Below, piece by piece: positions 63,934 to 64,000 of a stretch of DNA of 64,000 nt. The position numbers and the translations under genes are program-made. Positions within the stretch are counted from its first letter, which is position 1; the number at the start of each line of letters is the position of its first letter. Origin of the DNA: Marsupella aquatica. Its lineage: Eukaryota > Plantae > Marchantiophyta. Location: NCBI GenBank assembly GCA_973895155.1, contig OZ316892.1, forward strand, positions 4,734,510 through 4,798,509. The letters run 5' to 3'. Below the pieces are notes generated by a model. The model saw only the letters and a program-made list of their open reading frames with translations. It was not told the DNA's origin and made no database searches.

Positions 63934-64000
63934 ATGAGGGTGTTCCCCTTCTGTCCCATGACTGGTACTAATTCACAAACCCAAGGCTTGTGAAAGTGCA

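Larger units (their letters stand above)
47512..64000 (-). mobile_element. CACTA transposon, extending past the window end
   Basis: Terminus CACTACTACATATTTG at 47512, many TTGCGA/TCGCAA subterminal repeats to ~48060, a minus-strand Tnp2 gene, and an upstream SET gene. Confidence 0.9.

Overview
Eukaryotic land-plant nuclear DNA, with spliceosomal introns and plant TE lineages; a non-seed plant such as a bryophyte is a guess, not a determination. The centre (22-40 kb) holds three intron-containing housekeeping genes: VMP1/KMS1 (-), RNA polymerase subunit NRPB11 (+) and plastid chaperonin Cpn60-beta (-). The left flank has the 3' half of a CACTA element inserted in a decayed Bianca-type Copia, an intronless RINGv fragment, a tRNA-derived SINE, and a 7.9-kb MULE whose transposase is split by a 1.8-kb TIR element with a 4-bp TSD. 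The right flank is a three-level nest: a near-intact Bianca-type Copia contains a CACTA element carrying a SET-domain gene, and the CACTA transposase is split by a 10.8-kb TIR transposon (51619-62386). That inner element is the most striking object. It has 16-bp TIRs, a 6-bp TSD, an intact ~1490-aa P-element-like DDE transposase without a THAP domain, an intronless EDM2-type PHD-finger cargo ORF and a compact tRNA-like fold after the transposase stop. All family assignments come from motif recognition by eye; no database searches were run.
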